DNA of 63,999 nt, filler included, from Octopus bimaculoides (Eukaryota): assembly GCF_001194135.2 (NCBI RefSeq). It is 5 parts of 5 records of this genome, joined end to end, with 100 filler letters (N's around TTAATTAATTAA, not from the genome) between each part and the next. Parts side by side here need not be neighbours in the genome. Positions count along the whole stretch, not along the records: positions 1 to 20,193 come from NC_069000.1; 4 more parts are not named here. One strand, given 5' to 3'. Below the pieces are notes generated by a model. It was given only the letters and a program-made list of their open reading frames with translations. It had not been told where the DNA came from and did not search any database. Numbering within the stretch: the first letter of the stretch is position 1; each line of letters starts with the position of its first letter. Shown piece by piece: positions 1 through 12,165 of the stretch. The position numbers were made by a program, and so were the translations under genes.

Positions 1-624
1 TATATATATGTACGCAGATACATATCTGTATGTGATATGTGTGTGCCTGTGCATGTGTGCACGTGCGGTTATGTATTTGTAGACGTCAGTATAAATGTTA
101 TTAATTAGTGTTAATTAAAGCGATGACAACGATGCAAGATCAGCGGGTTTTATAGGACCAAAATAGACTCATTATGAAATTAAGACATCTTTCAAACCAA
201 AATAAATAAATCTAATGTAATACAAAAAAAAAAAAAAGAAGGAAAGCAAAGAGACGCACAAAACAATTTTCCTTCTCTTTAAAAAATAAATGATTAAATA
301 ACAAAAACGAGTGCAAGAACAAAACGCCAACAAAAGCAGAAACGAAGCGAAATTGTGTCACACGAAACGAAAATTACAAAAGAGTAACTGTCAAATGATA
401 TTTATTTATTTATTTATTTGCCTACTGATAGAAATCTGTTTTTATTTGGAAATCATTATTGGACGAGATAGAGAAGAGAAATGGAAGGCGAGAGATGGCA
501 AAGTAATGGTCGTCCGATTGTAGGGTAGTTTTCATGTATCTTGTTACGCATGTCTCGATCGTAGGTTCAAAACTTCCGAGGGAAACAAACTGTTTAATTT
601 ATACTGCTGTAAAGGTAAAATAAA

Positions 625-880
625 TACAGGTTTGGAAGATCCTGGAAGGACTTGCACCAAACATTGACATTGAATGCTATACTAATACCCGAATAGGGCG
701 TCATTGCATAGTGCCTAATATCGCATCCTGTCATTCATACTTATTTATTTATTTATGTGTTTCAGCCAAGTGGCTGCGGTCATGCTGGTGCACCACCGTG
801 CTGCTTATAATCATATATTGCAATATTCTCGAGATTAAAAGCCCACGGCTTTTCAATATCCTACAGAAAGATTTATAGTC
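625..880 (+). mobile_element. CR1/L2-type LINE 3' RT fragment interrupted by a SINE remnant
   Basis: VWKILEGLAPNIDIECYTNTRIGRHCIVP followed by EIKSPRLFNILQKDL, matching the WKILEGLVPN / GPRLFN C-terminal motifs of CR1/L2-group RTs. Confidence 0.6.
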
Positions 881-1160
881 ACCTGTTATCATTTAGTTCT
901 ATAACTATTGGTATTTCTAATTATATATCTTACTTTTTATTTTATTTTTTGACCTAACCAAATTGCTCATATAGTTATTATATATTTAACCCACGCCTTC
1001 CTCCCGTATATAGGAATGAATCACTAGATATTATAACTTTCCCAATTCTATTTCTAAATTCTAGTCTGTCGAAAGTTTTCCAGGGGATCAGCATGTAGCA
1101 TGAATTGATTATCACCGTTTTCTCACTTTCTCATTTTTCTTTTTACTTTTTGTATTTACT

Positions 1161-1289
1161 TTTCCGCTCTGATGAAGTTCCGCGATTCAAATTGATATAT
1201 TACAATGATAACTATTATTATTATTATTGTGGTGGTGGTGGTTAAGCCTGGGAATCGCTCGCGCTAAGAGAAACAGCTGTAAGTTGAGA
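1161..1289 (+). ncRNA. Type I hammerhead-like motif, family H1, with (ATT)n/(GGT)n in the stem II loop
   Basis: tttccgct-CTGATGA-agttccgcgattc...gaatcgctcgcgctaaga-GAAAC-agct-GTA-agttgaga. Core boxes, palindromic ACAGCTGT stem III and an imperfect stem I are present. Confidence 0.6.
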
Positions 1290-1615
1290 TTCTGTCTTTT
1301 TGTAATTAATAAATGATAATTGATGTAAATCAATTTTGATTCATTAATTTTTACACACATGCAATATCAAAAGAAAAGTATTAATTTCACATATAGTTCA
1401 TAATTTTATTGTTCTTTACAATTGTTTCAACAGAGTAAAAGCATCAACCTTTTCTCCCGAGGAAATGGATAATACAGCACATTTAAATTAATCAGTATCA
1501 ATTATATATAGAGTATGTAATTGTATATATGATGGTGTTTTAACTCTACTGAAACAGCTGCTCTATAACAATTAACCTATTAGCTTAAAAGTCACACTCG
1601 GTGCAAATTTTTAGG

Positions 1616-2049
1616 CTAGCTCCCGTGGAGGACCAATTGGTCTTGCGGCCCCAAACCAGGGGAACTAAATACCATGACTATAATACATCTATAATTACTA
1701 TATACCCCGATTGCCAATTTGAATTCCAATTGTTGGTCAATCTGTCCCAAAATTCTCGACGTAAAATTAACGAAGCAAAAGTAATTTACCTACCCTTGAT
1801 CTCTGACGTCATCTGACAAACGCCAACCAAGATAGCGTGAATCAACCAAACTTTTCCTGCTAGAAATAGCAGCCCAAATGCTTTTAAATCAGATCCCAAT
1901 GCTGGGTACTTAAGAACCAAATGAAGGGCTGATTTTAAATCCTGAGATCCTGATTCCAAAAAGGTATAATATGTCTGTGTAGAGCAAATGTAGACTGAGA
2001 TACAGGGGTCCCAGACGGACGGACACAATTTCGGTCTTATTATTATAGA
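1616..2049 (-). mobile_element. Putative non-autonomous Helitron-like element
   Basis: rc starts A|TCTATAATAATAAGACCGAAATTGTGTCCGTCCGTC and ends in a GC-rich hairpin region (gaccaattggtc) plus CTAG. The base after CTAG is C, not the usual T. Confidence 0.4.
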
Positions 2050-4919
2050 TATGTAAAACTTATGCTTTTCTGCTTTTTTATTATTCTGAATATGTTGCTC
2101 ACAAGTGTCGTTTTAGCCGATCTTGTATATAAATGCAAATTTATTCTATCAACATTTATTGTATGGTAATAATGTATTAGAGTTTCCGCTGAGTCGCGCA
2201 CTGGGGTCGATCTAATCGACTGGCTCCCTTACCAAAGATTTTGGGCCTTGTTCCTAGAGTAGAAAAGAATAATGTATTGGAGTTTCACAATGTGTGATTA
2301 ATCGAGCTTACAATTATGGTGGGTATATTTTATGATGATTATATATCAATTCAACATGTGTGTGTGTAAGCGTGCGTATGTATATATNNNNNNNNNNNNN
2401 NNNNNNNNNNNNNNNNNNNNNNNNNNNNNNNNNNNNNNNNNNNNNNNNNNNNNNNNNNNNNNNNNNNNNNNNNNNNNNNNNNNNNNNNNNNNNNNNNNNN
2501 NNNNNNNNNNNNNNNNNNNNNNNNNNNNNNNNNNNNNNNNNNNNNNNNNNNNNNNNNNNNNNNNNNNNNNNNNNNNNNNNNNNNNNNNNNNNNNNNNNNN
2601 NNNNNNNNNNNNNNNNNNNNNNNNNNNNNNNNNNNNNNNNNNNNNNNNNNNNNNNNNNNNNNNNNNNNNNNNNNNNNNNNNNNNNNNNNNNNNNNNNNNN
2701 NNNNNNNNNNNNNNNNNNNNNNNNNNNNNNNNNNNNNNNNNNNNNNNNNNNNNNNNNNNNNNNNNNNNNNNNNNNNNNNNNNNNNNNNNNNNNNNNNNNN
2801 NNNNNNNNNNNNNNNNNNNNNNNNNNNNNNNNNNNNNNNNNNNNTATATATATATATATATATATATATGTATACATATATATATGTGTGCGTGTGTTTG
2901 TGTGTATTTATTGATGCACCAGAAGCCACCCAGAATGACAGGTCGAAACGTGTTGTGCTCAATAAAATCTATTACACATTCTATCAAAGCGACATTACCT
3001 GTCCCACGTGCCACATGTCAGATGAAATAATCGCAGAACAACGTGAGATTTTGCTCAAGAACACAATGCAATGCCCAGTCTGGGAATCAAAACCACAATC
3101 TTACAGTCGTGAGTGCAACACCTTTCTATTGCTTAATTCAAGGTACCACTCGATTGGTAACATCAAGTAACATCAACAATAAATGTCAATAGAACAGAAA
3201 AATGTTTGGCTAGAAAAAACTGTCGAATTTCCCTCAAATCACACGTCCTCCAGTCGTAAATAAGGTAACATAGATTGGCTAAAACAAAAATCACGACTGC
3301 AGTCCTAAACACCCAAGAGCCTGTCTGTCAATTGACGTCCAACTCCGATGTCCCGCAAGTGTCAGAGACAAATCTCAGTATGACGTCATTCTACGTAATT
3401 TGTTGCTACAGAAACCTTGGATGTATCTGTCTAAAGCTCTTTCGCTTTTGCCATTACATTCTCTCAGTGAATGTAAATTTACCACACGCACTTACACGCA
3501 CACATACGCACACTCTCACACACACACATACATACGTACAGTGTGTGTGTGTGTGTGTTTCTATTTGAAAATATGTATATTTTTATGAGTACACGTGTGT
3601 CTGTGTTTGTGTACATGTATCCAACGGGGCTTAATCTGGAGACGTAAAGTTTAGATATTTTGCTGAAATAATTGGATATACTTACATGACGTAGGCGTGT
3701 CCACACACACACACACATGCTCACACACATATAAACATATACATACATAACCACGTGCACATACACACATACGTGCATACATACACACATACTCAGATGC
3801 AGGCACACACACACTCACACAGTGTATTAAAAACATATATAACGTAAACCTAGTTTTTGCGCTAGTATGTGTCTCGCTTGTTTAAAATTATTCTAGAAGC
3901 TGAAGCTTTATATATAAATTAGCGCTAAAATGCTATCTTAAAGATAGTGTTTTGGAAGTTGCTAGAGGGGTTTGGTGACATATAAACTCATTGATTCATT
4001 AGGCTTATAATTTTGCATGAGAGTAAAACTGTAAATGACGAAATACACCAAGTAGCTGACAGATGTAACATAGAGAATAACTGGAGTAGAGGTATTGTTT
4101 ATCTGTAGATCAACTCTGATTGGAAAAGACTATGATGAATGCCGTCGCATTGTGACGATACTTCGTTTATATATCTGGGACTTAATTCTCTGATGTATCC
4201 TTCTTTCTTGAAGGCAGGAGAGTGTGATTTCATTGATTTTGGCTGCTGTCACTAATAGTCGAGCGACTGCTAGCCGTAGAGAGCCTGAATCAGAAACAAT
4301 TATAATTGTTTATGGTTGTTTTGTTTTGTTTTTTTTTTTAATTAATTTTGGGATTGATCGCGTTTTCGCTCGGCAACATACAAAATACACAGCCATTTCT
4401 CTTTCTCTTTCAAGAAGCCACTTCCGCCTGCAGGGATTCAATTGTTGATAAGCAACCCTTTTATTTTTCAGTCTTTGTTTAGGATCTTTCTAACATTGTT
4501 CGGCATATGTCTGCTGTTGTTGTTGTTGCCGCTGCTGCTGTTGTTGTTGTTTTTTTATCACCGGGTCACAGCAAACAGATGTTTGATTAAAACTGTTGCA
4601 GTCCTGATCATCCCATTACCTTTTATTCAGACATTTTGTATCAAGAATTTCACTCCTTTTGTGTTATTCCTTTTATTTTTCTCTTAAGACAGTAGGCATT
4701 GTGTTATATCGCACGTTCGGATGACCTCTACTCAACTACTTTATCTTTATTAGTCACTACGGTCCGAACACAGAGGGGGACACCACAAGGACAGACAATA
4801 CAGTACAACAGGTGGGGTACATTTAACGAATGATGACATGGATTATAAAAATGAAAGGATGAAATGGCTTACGAGCCCACCAAAGCTCGCAGCTTCGTTT
4901 AACTGTTCTTTTATACAGT

Positions 4920-5800
4920 TTTTAATCATTTTCAAATTTCTCGTCCGTTATAAGTTCTGTCAAATCGTCCAGTTCGACCACATTTGGCAGGCTCTCATAA
5001 CGGACGTATACTCCTGTTCCCATGATACCACTCGGAAACAACTCTATCATCCTGTCCATCCGATCTTTGTCCAATAACACTGCTTTCTGATCTCTATGGA
5101 ACCTATTCGAATCCAACTTAACCCGTATTAGACCCTTCATCTTTGCCAACCTCCTTTCTACTTCCATCTCCTTCTTCTAAAACACCAACAATTTTTAATT
5201 CTTTCCTTTGGCTCTTCCTACTCGTGCTACATATTCTCTTTGCGTTGCCATTCTCTCCTTCCACTGCTCAAGTCTAATGTCGTCTTTATCTTTTTCTATA
5301 CTAGTCACTGTTTGCTCTGGTTTTTGGGTTCGATTCTCTGTCGTTTCCATTTCCTTTGTTATCTTCTTTTTACCTTTCTTTTTTTCTGGGCTTTTTGGTG
5401 GGGATTCCACACGTGCTCTCTTTCTATCCACAGTTATTCCTTCCTCCTTTTCTACCACTTTTTCCTCTTCTTTCTATCTTTCTGCATTGTTACAATCCTC
5501 TATTTCTTTATCAGGTAATTCTTTTAGGGGGCATTTTGCTTGCATGTGTCCCCTACTTTTGCATTGGTAACATAATGGTGGTCTCCCCTCCACCACAACT
5601 CTCAGTCGTGTTTCGTCGGGGAGCACCAGTTCCTCCATGATGTTGTGCAGATCCGGTAGGGATACATCAATTAGGACTTCTAATCCAAATCCCCCTAGTT
5701 AATCTCTTTCGACTTTTCCACCTTCACAACTTCCACCTCTTCCTTACAATTGAAGATGATGGCTACCACCAGCCATTCCTCGTTGATCTCATTTTTGAGT
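4920..5800 (-). mobile_element. L1/Tx1-like LINE ORF1 (gag-like) remnant
   Basis: Frameshifted EINEEWLVVAII...LRVVVEGRPPLCYQCKSRGHMQAKCP (CX2CX4HX4C), then charged low-complexity ORF pieces 5195-5458 and 4922-5167. Homologous to the ORF at 61030-62820. Confidence 0.6.
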
Positions 5801-7535
5801 GGGCAGTTTTGCTGCCAGCGTACATCCTCCGCAGCTTTTTACTACATTTTCAACTTCTTTGTCCATCTTCAGATTATACACATAACTGCGCATAAGCTTT
5901 GTTTCATCCTTGCGATCCCCGGATGTCCAGCATGGAATTCTTTCGGCATTTTTTTTTTTTTGTAGAACCTCAGTTTACCCTTTGGCCATACATCAGTACA
6001 CCGTTGCATGTCGAATATATGTTTACACCTATTTTTTTTTTTCCCCTACTTATTTTTGTGTCCTTAGGTAACCACAGAGTTTTCTTTGTTTCATTAATGA
6101 ACTTCTCTTTTGACGTGTGTCGCTTTAACTTCAGCGTTATTGCTAACTCTCATACAATGTTCTACATTATGTATTTAATTTCCCCTTCGGCTCTTAGGGC
6201 TGCTATTACTGTGTCCTCGAATGGATCGCCATTTCTTGGTATTAGCTTGGATAGGCCGTCAGCTTTTTCGAAGGTAAATATTCCATTGCGTAGTCGTTGT
6301 TTAGTAGTATGGTGCCCATAAATAATTCGGCTTACCGATTTTCCTCCATGTTTGTTCATTTATGATAATGATGTTACTCTCCCTATCTAATTGCATTGTG
6401 ACACCAGTGGTTTCGATTCTCACTTTGATGAATTTTCTGTTCGTTGTATAAACTTTTTTCTCTGATGACAAACTATTTATTTTTTCTCGTTTCGTCCAAT
6501 TTTTCGTCATCTTAGTTGTGCAGTGCGATTTAGTGTGTCTTGTGTTACCACAACGCAAACATTTCGCATTTTTGAACGGACATTCTTTTCTCAGATGCCA
6601 TACATAGGTTTACCTCCTGATATATATCGTGTTTTTTGTTACACACTTTATCTGTAAACAATTTCTGCATTGGATTTCTTCTGGGTCGTGTCTTACTTTT
6701 AAAACCATATCGCATTCTTCTGACAGTTTCTGGATAGTTATATCCTAGTTCATTTCCAGGTTTGTGAGAATTTTCGTTCTTACTTCTGCATCCTTTTTAG
6801 CAGTAAGTCCCTGAGCAAAATTTAGGCACTTGAACGAGTCTGAAGTTAGTTTATCCAGTTTAAATATCTCGCACTCTCTATTCATTCTACCCGCATAAGT
6901 GGTACAGTCTTCGTCATCGCTTTTCAAACATTTCCAACGTGTGTTAACTAACAAGGTTTCTTCACTAAATATCTTACATAAAATGTCGATTGTGTTCATG
7001 AAATTTATATCAGAAACTGTTTTAGTCAATATAATGTTACAGTATTTCTTGTGCTCTATCGTCGCCAGTTTCCTTAGACTTAGACGCGTTCTTATTCCGA
7101 CCGTCCAGTTTTGGCATTCTTTTTCGAAGATTTGTTCAAACTCTTTGGTAAGATGCCTCGAAAGCCATTCCTTCTCCCGAGTCACATTTAAATTCATTTT
7201 TATTGAATCTGCTATGAAAAGTATTTTCTGATTTCTTACCGACCTCATTAGTTGTACCATTTGTTGCTGCAACATTTGTTGTTCTCTGAGTTGTCGTCGT
7301 TGCTGCTGCTGCTGCTTTTGCAACTCAGCGAAACTCTGACAAGTTTTCCATAATTTTATGGAATTTTCGTAAAATATATGCAACAAAAACGTTTGCTAGG
7401 GTTAACCTTAACCCTAATCCTAACCCTAATTTCTCCACGTAAAACATTTTTCAACGTCATGCGTGTGAATTATTTTTTCGTGAAAATGTTTTTTTCAACG
7501 TTGTCCGCGTGAATTGCTTATATCCTCGTCGCCAC
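5800..7535 (-). mobile_element. Mag-clade Ty3/gypsy LTR retrotransposon, internally deleted
   Basis: Gag ORF 6745-7386 (RKLATIEHKKYCNII, NTRWKCL); knuckles HLRKECPFKNAKCLRCGNTRHTKSHC; protease KFIKVRI..MQLDRES; then KADGLSKL (RNase H end) and integrase HAGHPGIARMK..VKSCGGC. No RT core was seen. Confidence 0.85.
7522..7534 (-). promoter_or_regulatory. Primer binding site TGGCGACGAGGAT, probably tRNA-Ser(GCU)
   Basis: Lies just inside an LTR end (..TAACA-G-TGGCGACGAGGAT) upstream of gag. Complementary to the recalled metazoan tRNA-Ser(GCU) 3' end AUCCUCGUCGCCA. Confidence 0.75.
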
Positions 7536-7850
7536 TGTTATAATGTGGATCGTCATCCACTTGTATGTTGTTGTCGGCACTGTAATATTCTTGTGACCAC
7601 TATTATGTTGAGGCGGTAATTCGCATCTTAGTATCTTTGATTCGTCTATCATACTATCGCTGATAGCTCCGCAAGACAATGACTTTGAAACGTCTACTTT
7701 GATGGTAACTCGAACTCGCATATATCACGTAACTGACACTCACTCCAACTGAGAAAGTCGTACGACGACTCTACTACTACTGACTGACTGACTTTGACTT
7801 TATAGTGGCTGGATCATACCACTTTGCCACGTGGGAAGGGGTGTACCTTT
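7536..7850 (-). repeat. Probable 5' LTR of the Mag element (outer boundary uncertain)
   Basis: Ends in ...TAACA next to the PBS. The outer end is obscured by a SINE at 7861, and no matching 3' LTR was found. Confidence 0.5.
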
Positions 7851-7860
7851 TCACTTCAGC

Positions 7861-8068
7861 TCATCATCGTCGTCGTTAACGTCAGCTTTCCATGCTGGCA
7901 TGGGTTAGACGGTTTGACTGAGGACAATCAAATCACGAGGCTGCACCAGGCTCCAATCTGATCTGGCAAGGTTTCTATAGCTGGATGCCCTTCCTAACGT
8001 CAACCAGCACTCGAATGGTGCTTTTTACATGCCACCGGCACGAGAGCCAGTCACGCGACACTGACATC
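7861..8068 (-). mobile_element. SINE family A with (GAT)n tail
   Basis: catcatcgt..ttaacgtc.gctttccatgct.gcatgggtt.gacg..ggatgcccttcctaacg motif, shared with 24501, 28888, 30870, 31600 and 33596. Confidence 0.85.
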
Positions 8069-9669
8069 ATACACATGTATGTGCGTGTGTGTGTGTGTAT
8101 ATATATATATATATGGTATGAAGATAGATATCAATAGATAGAAAGAGAGTAAAGGAGATTAGCAGGAAGGAATGGGAGGACAGTCAAAGAATAGAATCAA
8201 ACCTTGATGAAACACCTGGTCTACGATGTTTAAGGCTGGTGATTAGAATGAAAGAAGACTCATTTTCTCGTCATTCAACGAATTAAACACCGGAGAAAAG
8301 GAGTCAATGCCTCTTTTCCGCCCTTACTACTCAACCTTTAAAATGGTTTTAATTGAAACGAAATCGTGGGTAACTAAAAAACCAGAAGCTTCATCACCGC
8401 CAGAAGTAATCTTTTCAAGTCAAAAAAAAAGTTGAAAGAAAAAAACCTAAAGAATGCCTGAAACGAAAGCAGCAATGAAACTCTTTCCTATTTCTTGCTG
8501 TTTATCTTTCTTCTTGAATGCTTTATGCGAAGATTAGCCCGTCAATCATCAACACCATCAATATGCAGGTACCACTCGGACAGCAGCAAATCGATAGCCT
8601 TGGACTCGACAAACAGCGTGGGTTGCTACTGAGGATGTTTTGCCAAGTCGCAGAAATGTCTGTATCATACTAAGGCATGTTTTGGTGCATCTTTAAAATC
8701 CCAGAAAATTATTTTTACACCTTAGCAAGAGAGAGAGAGAGGGAGAGAGAGAGTGGGGGGGGAGGGGAGAAAAAGAAACCTTTTCGAGTTTACTTACATA
8801 TTTTATATACCAGTGATTTGGAGGAGACCCCGAAGATCCTACATCAAGTTGTTGTTTCTGCCTTGAGAATACAGAAGATATTACTTCAAGAATAAAGAGC
8901 TTCATCGTATACTTTTAAAATATATGCGTTTGTAACCAGTGGCCATAGTGTTCAACTTCAAGCACGAGACATTCTTCAGATTCAACAATCTGGGTTTTTT
9001 CTGCTCCTTCAATAAACCGCACACTCACTATTACAAAAAACTTCTCTATGACCTGCTTCGGGATTTGATCGTTTTCTTTTCTTTATGTGTGTGTGTGTGC
9101 GCGCACGCTTTTCAAATATATAGGTGCATGACTATATGGTTTTTTTTTAAATATTATATTGCAAGCCACACAAAAACCTAACCTGATAGAGAACTGCCGC
9201 CCATTTATTTTGATTCACCACATAGAAACTTTTTATAAAAGTTAATAGCTTGTCAACATGTTCGGCCGTCTGTCACGGGCCACTTCCCTGTGACTAATAG
9301 TGACTTAAGTTGTTCTTTCAAAGTATTATATATATTCATACACAATAGCTGGAATCGATATTAAAAAAAAGATTGATGAATCATTTCAGCTTGCGTCATT
9401 CTGTCACCTCTGGAAGTGACTTCTTTTTTCTATATATAAAAAGATTTTTAAAATTGCACGCGGAATCAACAATAAAACCAGTAAAAAAAAAAGAAGGGAA
9501 TGAAAATGTTTTTGATCGGGGTAAGGAAGTAGGGTTGATGGCTATTAGAATGGTTAAAGAATGCGAAAAGTCAATTGAAAAAAATAGCAGATGAGAGGGC
9601 AAACGATCTTTTAATCGACTGATATTTAAGAGTAGAAACACATGAATAAATAAAATACCACATATATAC

Positions 9670-10040
9670 ATTCTTTCATTCTTTTACTTTTTTCAGTTTT
9701 TGACTGCTGCCATGCTGGGGCACTTCCTTGAAGAATATTAGTTAAACGAATTGAATCCCAGTACTTATTTTTTAAAAGCTTGGTACTTATTATCTCGGTC
9801 TTTTTGACAAACCGCTAGTTTACGGGGGCCGTAAGCACACCATCACCGGTTGTCCAGCTGTGGCAGAGAACACACATATTTACATACATACACATACTTA
9901 CATGCATACATACATACAAATCCACTTTCAAGGCTTTGGTCGGCAAAGGCTATAATAGAAGACACTTGCCCAAGGTGCCATGCAGTGAGACTGAACCCGG
10001 AACCATGTAGTTGGGAAACAAACTTATCACACAACCACAA
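9670..10040 (-). mobile_element. tRNA-derived SINE family B (CORE-like segment, internal microsatellite)
   Basis: rc head ..ggttccgggttcagtctcactgcatggcaccttgggcaagtgtcttc, shared with 32110, 39400, 41737 and 57877. Confidence 0.82.
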
Positions 10041-10044
10041 GATA

Positions 10045-10328
10045 AACTGACATTATGCCTTTGGTTCTAGGATCGTAAATAAAGAGGAAGAATTACGACG
10101 AAATGCTTTTGATCGGGGTAATGAAGTAGGGTTGAAGGATATTAGAATGGTTAAAGAATGCGAAAAATCCCTTAAAATTTGAAAACAGAAGAATTTGGAG
10201 TGTGCGAACAGTAAAGGTGGTGCCTATAATAATTGGTGCGTTGGGAGCAGGAAACCAAGATATAGAAAAATGGCTGAAAGTAATTGGAATAGAATGTCTT
10301 GTAGAGCTCTTACACACAGTTTGTCTTA
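10045..10328 (+). mobile_element. R4/Dong-type LINE RLE fragment
   Basis: RIVNKEEE...LKFENRRIWSVRTVKVVPIIIGALG..IEKWLKVIGIECLVELL; same family as 34250-34530. Confidence 0.8.
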
Positions 10329-10339
10329 TCAGTTTTTAT

Positions 10340-10575
10340 CATTTATTACTATTTTGGTTTGGCTCAGGTTTGGTCATATTCCAGGTAGGATTTAGGGGAG
10401 TAACAGGTTACTACCTCCAGCCTTAAGTATCCACAAGTTTTCAGCAGTCTTTCAAATGCTTACAACCCTCCTGATGATCCTAAGAGACAAACTTTGTTTT
10501 TCTTCCTCTTTCTTTACGATCCTGAAATCAAACGATGGATCGGTGAGTAAGCAGTTTCCGTATTTATTATTATCA
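10340..10575 (-). mobile_element. R4/Dong-type LINE, internally deleted 3' end
   Basis: rc: LLTDPSFDFRIVKKEEEK joined to the 3' end and the UTR gaaaacttgtggatac..ctgagccaaacc; AAT-type repeats on both sides. Confidence 0.75.
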
Positions 10576-10591
10576 TTATTGTTGTTGTTGT

Positions 10592-10790
10592 TAGGACGGC
10601 GAGCTGGCAGAACCATTAGCATGCTAGGGAAAATGCTTAGTGGCATATTGGCCGTCTTACGTCCTGAGTTCAAATTCCGCCGAAGTCGACTTTACCTTTT
10701 ATCCTTTCAAGGTCGATAAATCAAGTACCAGTTGAATAATCGATTATCCCCTTCCCCCAAATTTCAGGCCTTGTGCCTATAGTAAAACGG
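10592..10790 (+). mobile_element. tRNA-derived SINE family C
   Basis: ggcgagctggcagaacc.ttagca..gagttcaaattccgcc..gtcgataaa..aagtaccagttg. Other copies at 2190-2270, 26955-27170, 35030-35160, 31903-32000(-), 37503-37610(-), 38763-38985(-). Confidence 0.82.
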
Positions 10791-10832
10791 ATTATGATGT
10801 TTATTACTGTTATTGTTATTGTTATCTTTCAG

Positions 10833-10903
10833 ATAACATTTAGTCGCCATTGTTGTTCGAAAGACATTCAAGACCTCATTCTTCAACTCGCCGGCGGAAG
10901 TAG
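10833..10903 (+). CDS. PDE9A: PDE9-like cGMP phosphodiesterase, internal coding exon A (71 nt)
   Basis: Acceptor ttatctttcag, donor gttagt. Encodes ITFSRHCCSKDIQDLILQLAGGS+AG, aligning by eye to recalled human PDE9A [24 protein letters not shown]. Phase 0 to 2. Confidence 0.88.
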
Positions 10904-11596
10904 GTTAGTACATACTTTATATTGATTTACTTCTACTACAACATTTGTATATAGGATAATTAACTTTAAACTATAACGAGATTAGAAGCCAGAGAAATAC
11001 ACCAGTTATTTGGGGAGCTGTAGAACTCGTATTTAATTCTTTTCTACCACGGAGTCATACAGGCAACAGATAACGTAGGACAAGAGCTTGAGCAGACTAC
11101 TTTTCTGGTATCTGTGCATAGTGTATCAGCAAAGAATTTGGAACATGATTGCTGGTTTATCGCAGATTACATTCACCATGAAAAGATTTTTTCCCAGTTA
11201 CATGATGTAAATCAATGGAAGGCGCCCTATCCGCGGTCTCTTGACCAGCTTGAAATAACTACTAAGTTCACTTTCAATTCACAAAGCATAGTATAATGTG
11301 TTCCTAGGATGCAAAAAGCCTAAAAGTTAAACAGAAAGCTGATGGCTGAAACGCCTTTGGTTATAGTTTTGCTAAACCAGGGATGATCAAGAACAAGTAA
11401 ATGAGAAGTGAATGTCCTGCTAATAAATGCAGTAGAATACGCGAAATGGACTTGAACTCATACACCTTGACATGACAGTCAAGTGCTTTTGTCTATTCAC
11501 TCAGTCATTTCTTTCTAACAAAGCAATGGGACGGGTTGAAGTGATAGGTGTCCTCTTGATAAAACTAGCCTCATGCGTTTGTTTATTTGTTTTCAG

Positions 11597-11674
11597 GGTC
11601 TCCAAAGTATCGCTCCAGAGTACTGATGGTGCTTATATTCCAGTCACACCCACAATGCCGACCAATTCATCAAA
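11597..11674 (+). CDS. PDE9A: PDE9-like exon B (78 nt)
   Basis: Acceptor ttgttttcag, donor gtaagt. Encodes (R)VSKVSLQSTDGAYIPVTPTMPTNSS vs recalled PDE9A [25 protein letters not shown]. In frame with exon A. Confidence 0.92.
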
Positions 11675-11933
11675 GTAAGTAAAAAGATGAGACTTTGCTC
11701 TCGTTTAGTAGTTGTTGTTGTCGTTGGTGTTGCTGCTGCTGCTGCTGCTATTGATAATGATGATGTTGCTGATGTTGTCCTTTAGCTCCAGCTCAACCTT
11801 GACTGAAACAAAAGTCACATGACTTCTAATCACAACTTCATCATCCCATTTTCTTGAGGCATAGTTGTTTGGTTAAGAAGCTCGCTTTGCAGCATCACGT
11901 TTTGGGTTCACCTCTCTGCGCGGCATATAATAT

Positions 11934-12003
<70 letters not shown>

Positions 12004-12004
12004 C
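11934..12004. repeat. (GATA)n microsatellite
   Basis: Seen directly. Many other (CA)n, (AT)n, (GA)n and (TATC)n tracts occur, mostly bordering N gaps. Confidence 0.95.
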
Positions 12005-12011
12005 ACACACG

Positions 12012-12165
12012 TGGTGTAGTCAAGAAGTATCCGACCTTTGACCAAAGGATAAGTAATGTTACAAAACTCACCATTTGATTTAGTCTCCTTCAAAGTGTCG
12101 CCTTGGGAGTCTACACAATTCTGCCAAACTTCCTGCCACTGCTGGAAACATTTGTTAACCACATT
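12012..12165 (-). mobile_element. Mariner 3' end with terminal inverted repeat
   Basis: KCFQQWQEVWQNCVDSQGD (mariner C-terminus), then the TIR-like end ggtcggatacttcttgactacaccacg. Confidence 0.7.

Noticed and set aside
311-523. ORF FYLEIIIGRDREEK..DGK as a possible PDE9 first exon
   Set aside because: No MGxG start, weak similarity, and no convincing donor at the position required.
2314-3030. Long ORFs in the supplied track that span N gaps (also 23290, 32283, 39878, 42082, 46331, 52670, 57085, 59848 and others)
   Set aside because: Open only because Ns and (AT)/(CA) microsatellites contain no stop codons.
4696-4802. TGT...ACA segment as the missing 3' LTR of the Mag element
   Set aside because: Does not match 7536-7850; shares its end (ccgaacacagagggg.ac..) with 20745-20917, so it is probably a solo LTR-like repeat of another family.
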